Source of the DNA: the human T2T-CHM13v2.0 reference genome, Homo sapiens
Length of the DNA stretch: 64,000 nucleotides
NCBI RefSeq assembly: GCF_009914755.1
Contig: NC_060929.1
Direction: 5' to 3' (one strand)
Shown here piece after piece: positions 1-13,874 of this stretch. The notes under the pieces are model-generated. The model saw only the letters and a list, made by a program, of their open reading frames with translations. It did not search any database and was not told where the DNA came from. The position numbers were made by a program, and so were the translations under genes. Within the stretch, counting starts at the first letter, position 1, and every line of letters starts with the position of its first letter.

Positions 1-1555
1 TAGTGATATCTTTGCCTAAGCTTGAAAAGTTTTCTGTTATTATCCCTTTGAATAAACTGTCTATCCCTATCTCTCTACATTCTCTTTAAGGCCAATAACT
101 CTTAGATTTGCCCTTTTGAGGCTATTTTCTAGATCCTCTAGGTGTGCTTCATTGATTTTTATTCTTTTTTCTTTTGTTTCCTCTGTGTGTATGTTTTCAA
201 ATACCATGTCTGCAAGCTCACTAAATCTTTCTTCTGTTTGATCTATTCTGCTCTCAAGAGACTGATACATCCTTCAGCATGTCAATTTTTCAACTCCAGT
301 ATTTCTGCTTGATTCTTTTAAATTATTCAAGCTTCAGTAAATTTATCTGATAGAATTCTGAATTCCTTCTCTATGTAATCTTGCATTTTGTTGATTTTTC
401 TCAAAGCAGCTATTTTGAATTTCCTGTATGAAAGGTTACATATTTCTGTCTCTCCAAAATTGGTTCCTAGATGCCTTATTTAGTTCATTTGGTAAGGTCA
501 TGTTTTCCTAGATGGTCTTGATATTCATAGGTGTTTCTCTGTGTCTGGGCATTGAAGATTTAGGTATTTATTTAAGTCTTTGCACTCCGGGCTTGTTGGT
601 ACCAGTCTTTTTTGAGAAGGCTTTCCAGGTATTTGAATTGGCTTGGGTTTTTTGGCCTAAGTTTTTGGTTACTGCAGCTGTGTCTGGATTAGGGGACACC
701 CCAAGCCCAGTAATGCAGTGATTCTTCAAGACTTGCAGAGCAACCACATTGATGTTCTTGGGTGATATTTGGACAAATTATCTGGATTATCAGACAGAGA
801 CTCTTGTTCTCTTTTCCTACATTCTCCCAAACAAATGCAGTCTCCCTCTCTGTACTGAGATGCCTAGAGCTGGGGTTGGGGTGACATAAGCACCCCTGTG
901 GCCACCACCACTGGGATTGCACTGGGTCAGACCTGAAACCAGCAGAGCACTGGTCCCCTCCCAAGGCCCCCTATAACTACTACCTGGCTAGTGCTTATGT
1001 TTGCTCATGGTTCTAGGACTCCACAATCAGCAGGTTGTAAAGCCATACAGGCTAGTGTCCTTCCTTTCAGGGTGGTGAGTTTCTCCAGGAAATCTTAGAA
1101 ATCTACCTAGTACTCTATTCAACTAAAGCTGAGCTGGCACCCTAACCACAGATACTCCTTCCTTCTCTTTCCTCCTCTTTCCGTAGGCAGATGAGTCTCT
1201 CCTCATGACCACCACCACAACTGGCCTGTGAGGAGTACTGCCAGGCTACCACTGCCTAAGTGCTCTTCAGTCAGCTTGTGGTAAATCCTCCCACTCCTTG
1301 GACTCACCCTTCAGGGCAATGGACTCCCACTGGCCCTGGGTAGGTCTAGACATGCCATCCAAGAGCCAAGGCCTGGAATTGAGGACTGCAAGAACCCACT
1401 TAGTACTGTATCCCATTGCAGCAAAGTTGGTACCTAAGCTGATTTTTGGTTCTTATGAAGATGCCTTTTTTGTGTAGATATTTGTAAATTTGGTGTTCCT
1501 AATGGGAAAGTGATCTGTGGAAGTTTCTATGCAGCTCTCTTGCTTGACCTCCTTT
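1..1555 (-). mobile_element. Old LINE-1 (L1M-type) 5' portion: ORF1 remnant plus 5' region
   Basis: ORF 67..270(-) reads ESRIDQTEERFSEL...KEKRIKINEAHLEDLENSLKRANLRVIGLKE, matching L1 ORF1p; followed by L1M 5'-like sequence. Right boundary approximate. Confidence 0.8.
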
Positions 1556-2374
1556 ATGCTGATAATTTTTTAACGACTTTCTGTGTTAAAGAAAACTATC
1601 TTTCTTAACTGATATGACATAAGATATAATTCCAGAGAACCACATCATTTTATGGGCTTCTTATACAACTCTACTGAAAGTGGACTGCAATAGTAATGCA
1701 ACAGTGTCTTTCTTACTATAGTTTCATATGATTTCTAGTATCTGAAATGGTAAATCATCACCACCAATTTATCCTGTTCAGAAGCACTCCTATTTCTTTT
1801 CCGCATAATATTTATAATTGGAATATCAATTTCTATGTAAACTTCTACTGGGATTTTGAATGGAATTCCATTAAATCTATAGGTCAACTATGAGATAATT
1901 AGTACTTTTAGAGTATTAAATCTTTTTACTCATTAATATTTTGCAGTTCTGTAATGTTCCTTTATAGAATATAATGGATTTTTTCATAAAATTATTGTAC
2001 ATAGATGGTTATAATGATTTCTATGTATTTAAAATAATTTAGCCTTTCATATGTAAAGGATCTTATCTTTAAATGATAGTTTTACTTTTTGATATTGAAT
2101 TTAGCCCATAATTTATAGACTAAAACCTCCCACTCTCTTTTATGAATCAGTCAAATTAATTTTCCACCAGTTGCCCAGTATTTATGTAATTAATATAAAT
2201 GTATATATATAGAGATGTCTCATAAAATCATGCAAGCTCTCAGTTCCTTGACTGCATTTTCTAAATGGATATGGTCTCCATTTCAATCCAGATACCAATG
2301 GCCGTATCCAAAACCTAGAAGTTTTGAATGCCATCTGTAAAAGTGATAATAATTTAAAATATGATAATGGCTAT

Positions 2375-3067
2375 TGTGTCTGGAGTTTATTCCTTCTGGT
2401 GGGTTCTTGGTCTTGCTGACCTCAAGAATGAAACCACAGACCTTCACAGTGAGCCCTACAGCTCTTAAAGATGGTGTGTCCGGAGCATTTCCTTCAGATG
2501 TTCTGACGTGTCCAGAGTTTCTTCCTTCTGGTGGGTTCGTGGTCTCACTGACTTCAAGAATGAAGCCGCAGACCTTTGTGGTGAGTGTTACAGCTCTTAA
2601 AGGTGGTGCGGACCCAAAGAGCAAGCAGCTGCAAGATTTATTGTGAAGAACAAAAGAACAAAGCTTCCACAGCATGGAAGGGGAAACCAGCAGGTTGCCG
2701 CTGCTGGCTGGGGTGGCCAGCTTTTATTCCAATATTTGTCCCTGCCCATGTCCTGCTGATTGGTCCATTTTACAGGGGGGCTGATTGGTCCATTTTACAG
2801 AGTGCCAATTGGTGCGTTTACAATCCTTTAGCTAGACACAGAGTGCTGATTGGTGTGTTTTTACAGAGTGCTGGTTGGTGCGTTTACAATCCTTTAGCTA
2901 GACACAGAGTGCTGATTGGTGCGATTTTACAGAGTGCTGATTGGTGCATTTACAATCCTTCAGCTAGATACAGAGTGCTGATTGGTGTGTTTGCAATCCT
3001 CTAGCTAGACAGAAAAGTTCTCCAAGTCCCCACTCGACCCAGGAAGTCCAGCTGGCTTCACCTCTCA
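2375..3067 (-). mobile_element. Solo LTR12-family (HERV9/ERV1) LTR
   Basis: TG...CA termini; perfect 4-bp TSD CTAT (2371-2374/3068-3071); minus strand begins TGAGAGGTGAAGCCAGCTGGACTTCC; tandem CTGATTGG repeats 2755-2990. Confidence 0.93.
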
Positions 3068-3770
3068 CTATTACCTGAGGTATCATTAGTTTCAATTAAA
3101 ATGTCCTTAAAAATATATTAATTTTACAATATGAAGAAGATTATCATAACTTTTCCTTATGCTGGTGACAAGGTCCAAAGCTGCTTCTAATAAAAAATTC
3201 CCCTGTAACTAGGGGAATCTATAACTGCCACAACTTCAATTACCCATTACAGTTCCACTGGCTTTACCCTAGTCCATAATGCACCTCACTTCACACTGAC
3301 TTCAGCTGATTCAATTAAGGGTGCCTGTCTGAGCCTCTGGAATTCAGTCTATAATGTGACTGAATATCCATGAATTGATTAAACATTGAGAGTTTAGATA
3401 AGAACTTAACATTTGGTATTAGGGAAATATTTTCGATTTGGATCAATTTCTCCACCTGTTGTGACCATGCCAATGTTAGTATCAGCAGAAAAAATTATTC
3501 TAATACTGCCTTCAACTACTTAATGCAGATAAGAGAGCAGGGATGGAAGAAAATAGAAGTTCTGAAACTGCACAAACATGTAAGACACTCCAGTACCTCC
3601 CCATGCAGACAGAGGTTGAAGTATGAAAGCAAGGTATACATGATGCTGTTGATGGGATAGAGTTGCAGACTTCTGGATGTGCAAGTCTGGAGAAATTTGT
3701 GCTAATGAGGTATTTATTAACTTGGAATATAACAAATACAGCAGAGGGATAATGACTTGATGTATATGTC

Positions 3771-3834
3771 TTTATTTTGGTTAGCTAAGATAGAGCTAAT
3801 CATTTATTTTGGTTAGCTAAGATAGGGCTAATCA
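3771..3834. repeat. 32-bp tandem duplication (1 mismatch)
   Basis: TTTATTTTGGTTAGCTAAGATAG(A/G)GCTAATCA at 3771-3802 and 3803-3834. Confidence 0.9.
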
Positions 3835-4404
3835 TTCAGCTTTTAAAAATTGTGCACACATTAGTCTTCAGCCTTCTAGCTATAGTTTTCCATTGAGATT
3901 AAGTAAGGAATACATAAAAAAAAAATTACAACCCACCTTTGAACTTTAAGGTATACTCCTTCTATTCTCCCGAGTTGGGAAGAGATCTCCAGCCTCTCAC
4001 TCTAGGAAGGAAAATGTTGGTATGAAAAATTTTAGGCATTCCAACCTCTTTTACATCTAAACCCATTCAAAAAGTGTAGGTCATCTGAATTTTTGCTTGG
4101 ACAACGACAATGATTGGACCGTATTTTACTAGTAGGCAGAGAAACCACACCTCAAGGATGGAACAGGCTTTATTTGTTTTCTTATCCCCGGGCTTATACA
4201 TACATTTGCTAATTGTATGCTACTTTCCTTTCCTTGTTGGACAACAGTAAAATATTTTAAATAACCTGTAAACTTACGTGAAGGGTCATCTTATAGGAAA
4301 AAGCAATGCCATTATTTTGCCTTAATAAAGGAGACTATGAGCCAGAAGTATGATACGATATGAAGCTGGTGAAATAGAACTGATGTTGTCATCAGGTCTG
4401 TTTA

Positions 4405-4870
<466 letters not shown>

Positions 4871-5571
4871 TCAGCTCTGTAAATGACAAGCAAGATGAAC
4901 TATTTGAGTGAGTTTAACAAGGGTTTTAGTGTCCAAGGGCTTAAATTTTGGAATGACTCCTCCAAAGCAGAGTTGGTGTTTATCAGTTTTAATATATTGA
5001 ATTAAAATAATCAGGCCAATAAGAAAAATAAAATTTAGATCATAATCTCAAAGAACTCATTTTATATGTACCCTTTTATACAACAAATATACATTGTTAG
5101 TATTTTATATAACATCATTGATCCTATTCATTTTGTGAACTTATAACATATTTTCTTTAATGAACTTGGTACAATTTCTAAGTACCAAGCCTATTTCAAA
5201 GTGTAGTTAATACTAAGAAATATGACTAAATAACATACCGTTTCTCAAAATAAATATATCCAAAACAGCTTGTCTTTCTCCTTATATTCACAAATTAACA
5301 AAAATTATTGCATTATAAAGTATTCAAAATTGTATATTGTTGAAGACTGATAATTAGTTTAGAAATCAAATAAAATCACTACAAAATCTGTAACAAATTT
5401 AAATATCATACAAAGTTTATATTTTATAAAGAGATTACAGTAAAAGCCACCCAATCAGGATCTCTTCTAAAATTAGCCTACAAATTGACAATCATTTAAA
5501 AGATAATGATGAAAAGGTAGCCATAGTTTTGTGCCATTTAGAGATGTTTTTCAGTCTATCAACAGTAATAT

Positions 5572-5888
5572 GCCAGGTTTGGTGGCTCAGGCCTACAATC
5601 CCAAGTCTTTGGGAGGCCAAGGCAGGAGGGTTGCTTGAGGCCAAGAGTCCAAGACAAGCCTGGGCAACACAGTAAGACCTTATCTGTACAAAACATTTGT
5701 TTTAAATTATCTAGACACAATGGTGCATGCTTGTCTGTGCTTGCAGTCCTAGCGACTCAGGAGGCTGTGGCATGAGAATGTCTTGATCCCAGGGGTTGAA
5801 GGCTGCAGTGGGCTATAGTCATGTCACTGCACTGCAGCCTGAGCAAAAGAGTGAGACCCTGTCTTAAAAAAAAAACTAAAATAAAAAA
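5572..5888 (+). mobile_element. Alu (AluJ-type, diverged)
   Basis: Diverged Alu dimer with J-type GAGGGTTGCTTGAGGCC and GGCTGCAGTG motifs; A tail. Confidence 0.9.
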
Positions 5889-6195
5889 CCAACAAGAGTA
5901 GCAATGTTTAAAGTATATTTAATATACTTTAATAAAGATAAACATTATTATTCCTTTACATGAACTAATTCCTCAATTAAGGTAGATCCTTTCATTCAGG
6001 AGAGAGAAAATATTTTCTATTATTTGTCTGTGAGATGATGCCATTTAATACTAGTAAAATAAATTTGAAAAAAATGTATAACCTGAAGGTAATTAAGAAA
6101 TAGTCTTATCTTACAGATGACAAAACATAATTCTATTAACAATCCATGTAGTTATAAAACATTGTAAATAAATAATGAATTTACTATGGAATTAG

Positions 6196-6552
<357 letters not shown>

Positions 6553-7864
6553 AGTATTACTCTTCTTTTACTGGTTGTTTAAACACACCTTTATATATTA
6601 AGCATTAAATTGATCTCACAAGAAAGCACATTTATTCCAAATGTCACTAACTTTGCTCAGAACTAAACATTCAAAAGCAAATATTGAATCGTCTGCTGGA
6701 CTTTCTCCATGAAAGCATCAAAACTCAAGATGTCCTTCCTCACCTACCTGTTTATTTTATACTTTAACAAAAATTAATACTTTCAGGTCATCTATCTCTC
6801 CGCAACCCTCATTCTCATACCAATGTGTATAGTACCTAATCGAAACCATTTCCCCAAGGCTCTACATCCTAACAAAAGTTTCACTGTGTTGTTTGGAGCG
6901 ATCCCTAAGCCATTCTGTATTTTCATCTTCTCAGAGTGTTTCCTTTACCTACTGCCCCCAGTAGAAAACCATATGCCATGGAATAGGTCTTCAGTCTTTC
7001 CTGCTGAGATTTATGATCGTTTTTCAAGTTTCATGGCAGAAGATAGATTGCTTGTCTTAAACATTTCTCACTGGCACTTCTAAGTTACTCTTATTCCTTT
7101 ATTTGAAGCTCAGGCCATCTAATTATGCACTGCCACTACTGTTATCTTCTCATGAAGTTTACAATCTAGTGGATGGAGAAAGATGCTAAACAATGAAATT
7201 AATAGATTTGTTAGAAAATAACTTTTGTAGGGAAAAAGTAAAATATGGCAAGGGAAGATGTGTAGTTGGAGATGCATGTTTGAAATTTTAGGTAGTGTAG
7301 TCTGTGTAGCTCTCAGAGAGAAAGTACCTTTGAGCATAGACCAAAAATGGCCAGATATTTTGGAAAAAGTGTTTCAAGTGATAGAAATAGAATGAGGAAA
7401 AGTGAGTAGAAAAAGAAATCAGAGAAGTAATCAGAGTAAAGATAATAGCTCATTGTTGAACTCATTGGCAATTTTAAGAATGTTAGTCACTCCCTCTCCT
7501 TTTTAACTCTGTTTAACTAATGTTTGCCCCTTGACTGATTAATTCTTCCTCCCTACTCTTGTCATCCTTCATAGTGATTTTGGACTAATGTGGTTGGCCA
7601 TTACAATAACACATATGTTCATTTAATATCTTCACCTTTAATAATTTAATAATTGAGTTTTGTATTTTTCTTACACACCCACTGCAAGGGGCCTCTATAT
7701 TCACAAACATCTATGTCTCCTTTACTGAATCATCATCCTCACTAATAAAGTGCCTACCTTCTATAGCAAACTAATGTACTTCCAATTAAAAAAAAAAGAG
7801 AGAAGCTTCCATAATCCATAGGCCCTACAGCTGTTTCAACTTTTGTACAGGCAAACTCCAATGG

Positions 7865-8130
<266 letters not shown>

Positions 8131-8244
8131 GTACTTGTGTGCTTCATCCAAGTCTCATTTGATGGTGCCCCTTAGTTTAGCCAACTGTTGTTATCAGATT
8201 AACTGAAGACTCTGTCCTCACTGTCTGCTATTCTTTGTGGCATT

Positions 8245-8705
8245 TGTCAACCAAGAGAGGCAAAAGATCAGATTGCAATGCAATAAGACAAGGCCTTTAT
8301 TGTGGTATTTGGAATTGCAATTTGGGAGATAGTGACTCAACTAGAAGTCTAATTGTATTCTTAAGAGAGAGAGGGGAGAAGAGTATTTTTAAGAGAAAAT
8401 AAAAAGGAGGGTGAGGGCGATTGCAGTTTTTTTGAAAGAATTATCATTTGGCGAGATGGCCAGCTTAGTTCATGAGTTCATAGTTCATTGATTGTTGCTG
8501 TTCAGATGTTGCAGCACTGGCAAAATTCCACTGTTTCCAGTGTGTTCGGGTTACTGTGATTTGACCCAGGTCAATGGTTCAAGGCGAGTTCCTAGATTTT
8601 TTGCAAGTTTGCAGGACATGCAGGCAATCCTTCTTAGAACGGCTTCCCAACTCCGTTTTAGAGCTCTGAACCAGAGTGATGCCATTTTCTATATCATATT
8701 GCACA
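8245..8705 (-). mobile_element. Old ERV solo LTR (family not assigned)
   Basis: TG...CA bounded ~460 bp; minus-strand AATAAA near 8296; LTR-like GCCATTTT/CTCCGTTTTAG end. Confidence 0.5.
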
Positions 8706-9949
8706 TACTCACTCTCATGACTTGATGTTCCATTATGTGATGTACACATTTTCCTTTCCAGGTTAACTTTATAATGCTGTAATCATGTCCCGAAAGATTT
8801 AAAAATTTTTGTTTGGTGGCATTTTTATTATGTTTAGAAGTGAATTTGAGGCCAAATGGACAATTTTCAATAATTAATTATCCCCATGGAAACATGTTAT
8901 GATTTTCTATATTGTCAGTCTTTTCATTTTTAATAAGAAATAAAATCACTTAAATCTAGTCCTTTCATATTATTTTTTCTCACACTTGTTACTTTTATGA
9001 TCATATTGGTTTTGGACAAGTAATTGAACTCGGGTAATACTTTCAATAGATTAGCAGTTATTTTGTGTTTACAAGTTAGGTGATGATGTCTTCAAGTAAA
9101 TTGCACCATTTTTTTTTCCTTTCCATTATTTACATATCCTTTTCTTAAGATAGTTTAGTGACTAGAACAGAGTATTCCTGAAGCGTATACATTAATTATG
9201 CCTTGGAAATCTCAAAAGTTTGCCAAGTTGTCACTGTATTGTGTTTGGAAATGTAGCATATATTTACTGGTCTCATGTCTAATTTTCACAAAGGATATTT
9301 ACCCACAATGCTTTTTGTACTATGGGTAAATATAGCTTAGTCCAAGAAAATTAATTTTCATAATTGTAATGCCTTACTTCCTATTCACAGACTTTTTAAC
9401 TTTAGCCATTTTAGAGAGTATATGTTTGAATTGCACTGTGAGTAACTTGCATTTCCCCAAAGATTAACGTGTTTGATATCTTTTCCATACTTAGTTGTCA
9501 TCCATGTATATTATCTTTGATATGTGTCTTCAAATATTTTGTTCATTTATTTAGAATTGTTTTATTGCTCTCAGTGTTTTTCCGGCCTTTTTCTTGTAAG
9601 ACGGTATCCTTTGAAGAGAAGGAGATTCAAAGTTTGATAAAGTAAAATTTATGTTGTTGAATGTTGAAATTTGTTGTATCTTTCAAAGAGTGTTTGATTT
9701 TGTTTGACTATAAAATCACTTGGGATGTGTTTAATCTTTTAAACGTGTGGCTTAAAAGATTATGGCTCCCTCTAAGGTTTGTCAGAGTGAGTCTACTACA
9801 ATTTTTACTCAAGGATTTAGACCTTTTATAAAAATTTACTATTTTGGATTCTTCACCAAAATTTCTGTGTCTTTTCAGATCTCTCCACTTTCACTGGTTG
9901 AACTGCAACTATTCCCACCATCTATGAACTCCAAAAATTGTGTAGTCAG

Positions 9950-10813
9950 TGTAAACAACAACAACAAAAACGATAAACCCCGCAATGACTGAATTGACCC
10001 GAGCCTTCAGCACGGGGACACAAAGAAACCTGAAAACCTTCTTCAGGCCCTGATGGGAAGGAGAGGTCAAACATGCTTTATTTTATTCTCCTCACTGTAG
10101 AGTTCAGTCACAACTAACCAGCATTAACACTAAAGTAGAGATTTTTACAGAATAGACTCTTTGTGGCAATAAGATACCAATTCCAACTTGACTCTGGTAT
10201 AACATCACATGAGGATAACACACTCTAAAAGAAAATCAAAGTATTTTACCCTAAAATATTTTTCTTTGACATCTTTTTAAATGGCCCTGCAAAACTTTTT
10301 CTTGTGGGAGAAAATTGCATTCTGTAGGTAATTTTCTTTCCTTACTAGCTTTCTCCACAGAATCTCACAGCTTTGATAAGAGACATTCGCTCTGAAGTCT
10401 GCTACCTGGAGGCTTCCTCTACATGACAAGAGCTTTGTCTTCCACATTTCCTTCCCTTTTATCTTAACTTGAGCTGATTTCAACTCTTTAGGCAGAGCTT
10501 AATCCTTTCAACCAGTTGCCAGTCAGGAAATCTTTGAAACCACCTATGAATTGGAAGCTCCTGGCTACCCCACCCCACTTCAAGATGGCCCACCTTTCTT
10601 GTCTGAACCAATGTATAACTTACATGTATTGATTTATGTCTTTGCATGGAAGTTTGGTCTCTCTAAAATGTATAAAATCAAGCCGCAACCTAACCACTTT
10701 GGTCACATGTTCTCAGGTGCTCCTCAGGCTGTGTCACAGGTCATGATCCTAAACATTGTGAAAATAAACCTCTAAATTGATTGAGATCCATCTTAGATAC
10801 TTTTCAGTTTACA
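9950..10813 (+). mobile_element. MER4-family (ERV1) solo LTR nested in old L1-like sequence
   Basis: Terminal inverted repeats TGTAAAC...GTTTACA; MER4-type TGTATAAAATCAAG and AATAAACCTCTAAATTGATTGAGA motifs. Confidence 0.8.
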
Positions 10814-12034
10814 TAGGCTGCTTACTATGTAAGCAGGTGAGTCCTTCACTATCATCATGGAGTTACTCTCCACATATGTATGGTTGAATCTGTAGCCAAA
10901 GATTCAAGGAGATCCAACAATTGATTTCTGTAGCTATCTTTGAATCTCTCTCTTCCATGATATTCTGCTACACAAAATCTAGTATCTTACCCTCCCCAAA
11001 TCTGATTTATGTCTTCTCAACTCAGTGAGATCGTGGGGCACTGCTTCCTTTCTTTCTGCTGTGGTTTGGAAATTGCTTTCAGACAGTAAGTTAGGTTAAA
11101 CACAGAGCTTAAATATATTAATTAATTCAGATATCACAGACCTGCTCTGCCTGTTGTCCAAATATACAAGGATTTTTTAACATATTTTCCAGTTTTATAT
11201 TTATTTTCTGAAAGAGGATAATTTTTTGTAGCCATTTATCCTTTGTGAGAAAACTATAGGCCCATGAATACAGGATTCTCCATAATTAACCAAAATTTTG
11301 GCTATCCAGATAACTTTACAATGTCTTTCTTACAATGACTGTTTTTCTTATAACTTTTAAACATGCTTCTACTGAATAAAAATATTATAAGAGGATGTGT
11401 AAATAAATATTAAATTGAAAATGGTAAAAAAATTATACATATCAACTATTCTTTGAAAATTTAGATATATTTTTCATTTATAATTTTTAAGAAAATTATT
11501 CAAAACTTAGAAGTCAAATTGTATACAATTACCCTTTAAGTATAACAAAGAATACCTCAGTTCATATGGCCTCCCCCAAAATATTTAAGCCTCTAAGAAC
11601 ATTTACCAGTTTTTTGGCTTTGCTATTTATTATTTAATTATAACCTAAATATTACTTTGTGGATTTCTGTCTAACAAAGACATATCTCTAAAAATATTGA
11701 TATTGCTACCTGGTTAGATATTAACCAGTATTGCATTAAGCAAGTTAATTTAAACACTCCTTAGAATTACTGAATACATAAATTTCTGTTCCTCTAATAT
11801 ATTTTTGAACTAGTTCACAAATACTACCTATTCCATAACCAATTAAAGGGTTAAATAAATTTCAACGTTGGCTTCTTCTATTTTGTATGAAAGTCATATT
11901 TTTAACTTTTTGAAAGTTATACTTGGGTGGTTTTACAGGTCATCTCCCAAGATATCCAAGTGGACTCAGCTGTCAGAACCAATTTTACTAGAAAAGTAAA
12001 CCTCGTGGACTTTTCCAGCACAGATCCCCTCAAT

Positions 12035-12105
12035 CTTTCTGTCTCTCTGTCTCTTTCTCTCTCTTTCTGCCTTTCTCGCTCCCTCTCTCTCTGTCACTTT
12101 TTTTA

Positions 12106-12154
<49 letters not shown>
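12035..12154. repeat. CT-rich tract followed by (ATCT)12 STR
   Basis: Twelve perfect ATCT units at 12107-12154. Confidence 0.95.
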
Positions 12155-12855
12155 GAGTCTTGATAGCTCGATTTAACTTCTTTTGTAGAGATAGCTAATT
12201 TGCTTATTTATTTATTTATTTATTGTTTTGTTTTGCTCCTATAAGTGAATTCCAAGTCTTTTTAGTCTTGGGTCAAGATTCATTCTAATGTATGTTTGTG
12301 CATAACAAATAATTTCATATAGGTGCCAGAATATTTGCAAATTAATATTTTTGGTTTGACCACATGGTGACCTTCTTTCTAGATGATAGTTATCTATTCT
12401 ATCTCAGAGGAAAGACAAAATAAAAGTGGTGTGTTAGACTTTTTTATGGTCTGTTAGTCCATTTGTGAGAGGAAAATATTTCAAGCTGCCCTTTAAGATC
12501 TGGTGCATTGAGTTTTTCAGTTTATACTTAAGCCATAGCTGAGGTTAAAGAACTATATTTTCATATGGTTGCTATTTAAAGTTCTTTTCTTTGTGTATAT
12601 CACTTGAGGTTTTTTTACTTCTGCATAATATTGTTAAGTTGATTATTTTAGAAATCTCTCAAAATAAGCTTTGTTGTGATGTTTATGAAGATTAATATAC
12701 TCTTGATAAATCTACTATTTACAGAATTTCCAGGAAACTAAAGACATTAAATCTTTTATGTTTAAATATATTCAACATTAAAAAAAATTATCCTCTGAGA
12801 TAGTGAAAGTTTAGATTGATTTTTTATAATAATATAAGTTTTTAAATTAAGTTGA

Positions 12856-13241
<386 letters not shown>

Positions 13242-13461
13242 TCATTGTAGGGAATAATTTAAAAACATTTTTTATCATAATATTTAAATTGTTTTCTCAT
13301 AAACATATTAGTTATGCTTAACTTATTAGATCAGCTGAAATTACTACTATACAATGTTTAACATTATAAAATAGTAACATGTTGCACATGATAGATTGCA
13401 AATTGCACTAGAATGAGTGATATCAATAGTAGTTAGGTTCCATTGTGAGTCAGCTAAAAGA

Positions 13462-13759
13462 TTTTTTTTTCTTTTTTTGAGATGGAGTCTCACTCTGTCA
13501 CCCAGGCTGGATAGCTGTGGCATGATCTCGACTCTCTGCAAGCTCCGCCTCCTGGGTTCACACCATTCTCCTGCCTCAGCCTACCAAGTAGCTGGGACTA
13601 CAGGTGCCCGCCACTACACCCAGCTAATTTTTTGTATTTTTTAGTAGAGACAGGGTTTCACTGTGTTAGCAGCATGGTCTCAATCTCCTGACCTTGTGAT
13701 CTGCCCACCTCGGCCTCCCAAAGTGCTGGGATTACAGGCGTGAGCCACCGTGCCAGGCC
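13462..13759 (-). mobile_element. AluY
   Basis: Y-type GCAAGCTCCGCC/CCATTCTCC; TSD core TAAAAGAT. Confidence 0.94.
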
Positions 13760-13874
13760 TAAAAGATATTTTTTAAGATTATTAGTTAAATTTAAAACTT
13801 TAGAATATTATTGCCTTTAGTAACAAATACTTTTTAGGTATTTGTGTGATTTCTAATTAATATAAATGCCTGAA

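Noticed and set aside
2283-3004. 130-139 aa ORFs
   Set aside because: Products of LTR12 internal tandem repeats.
2755-3010. CRISPR-like repeat array
   Set aside because: No unique spacers or cas genes; these are LTR12 U3 repeats in primate DNA.
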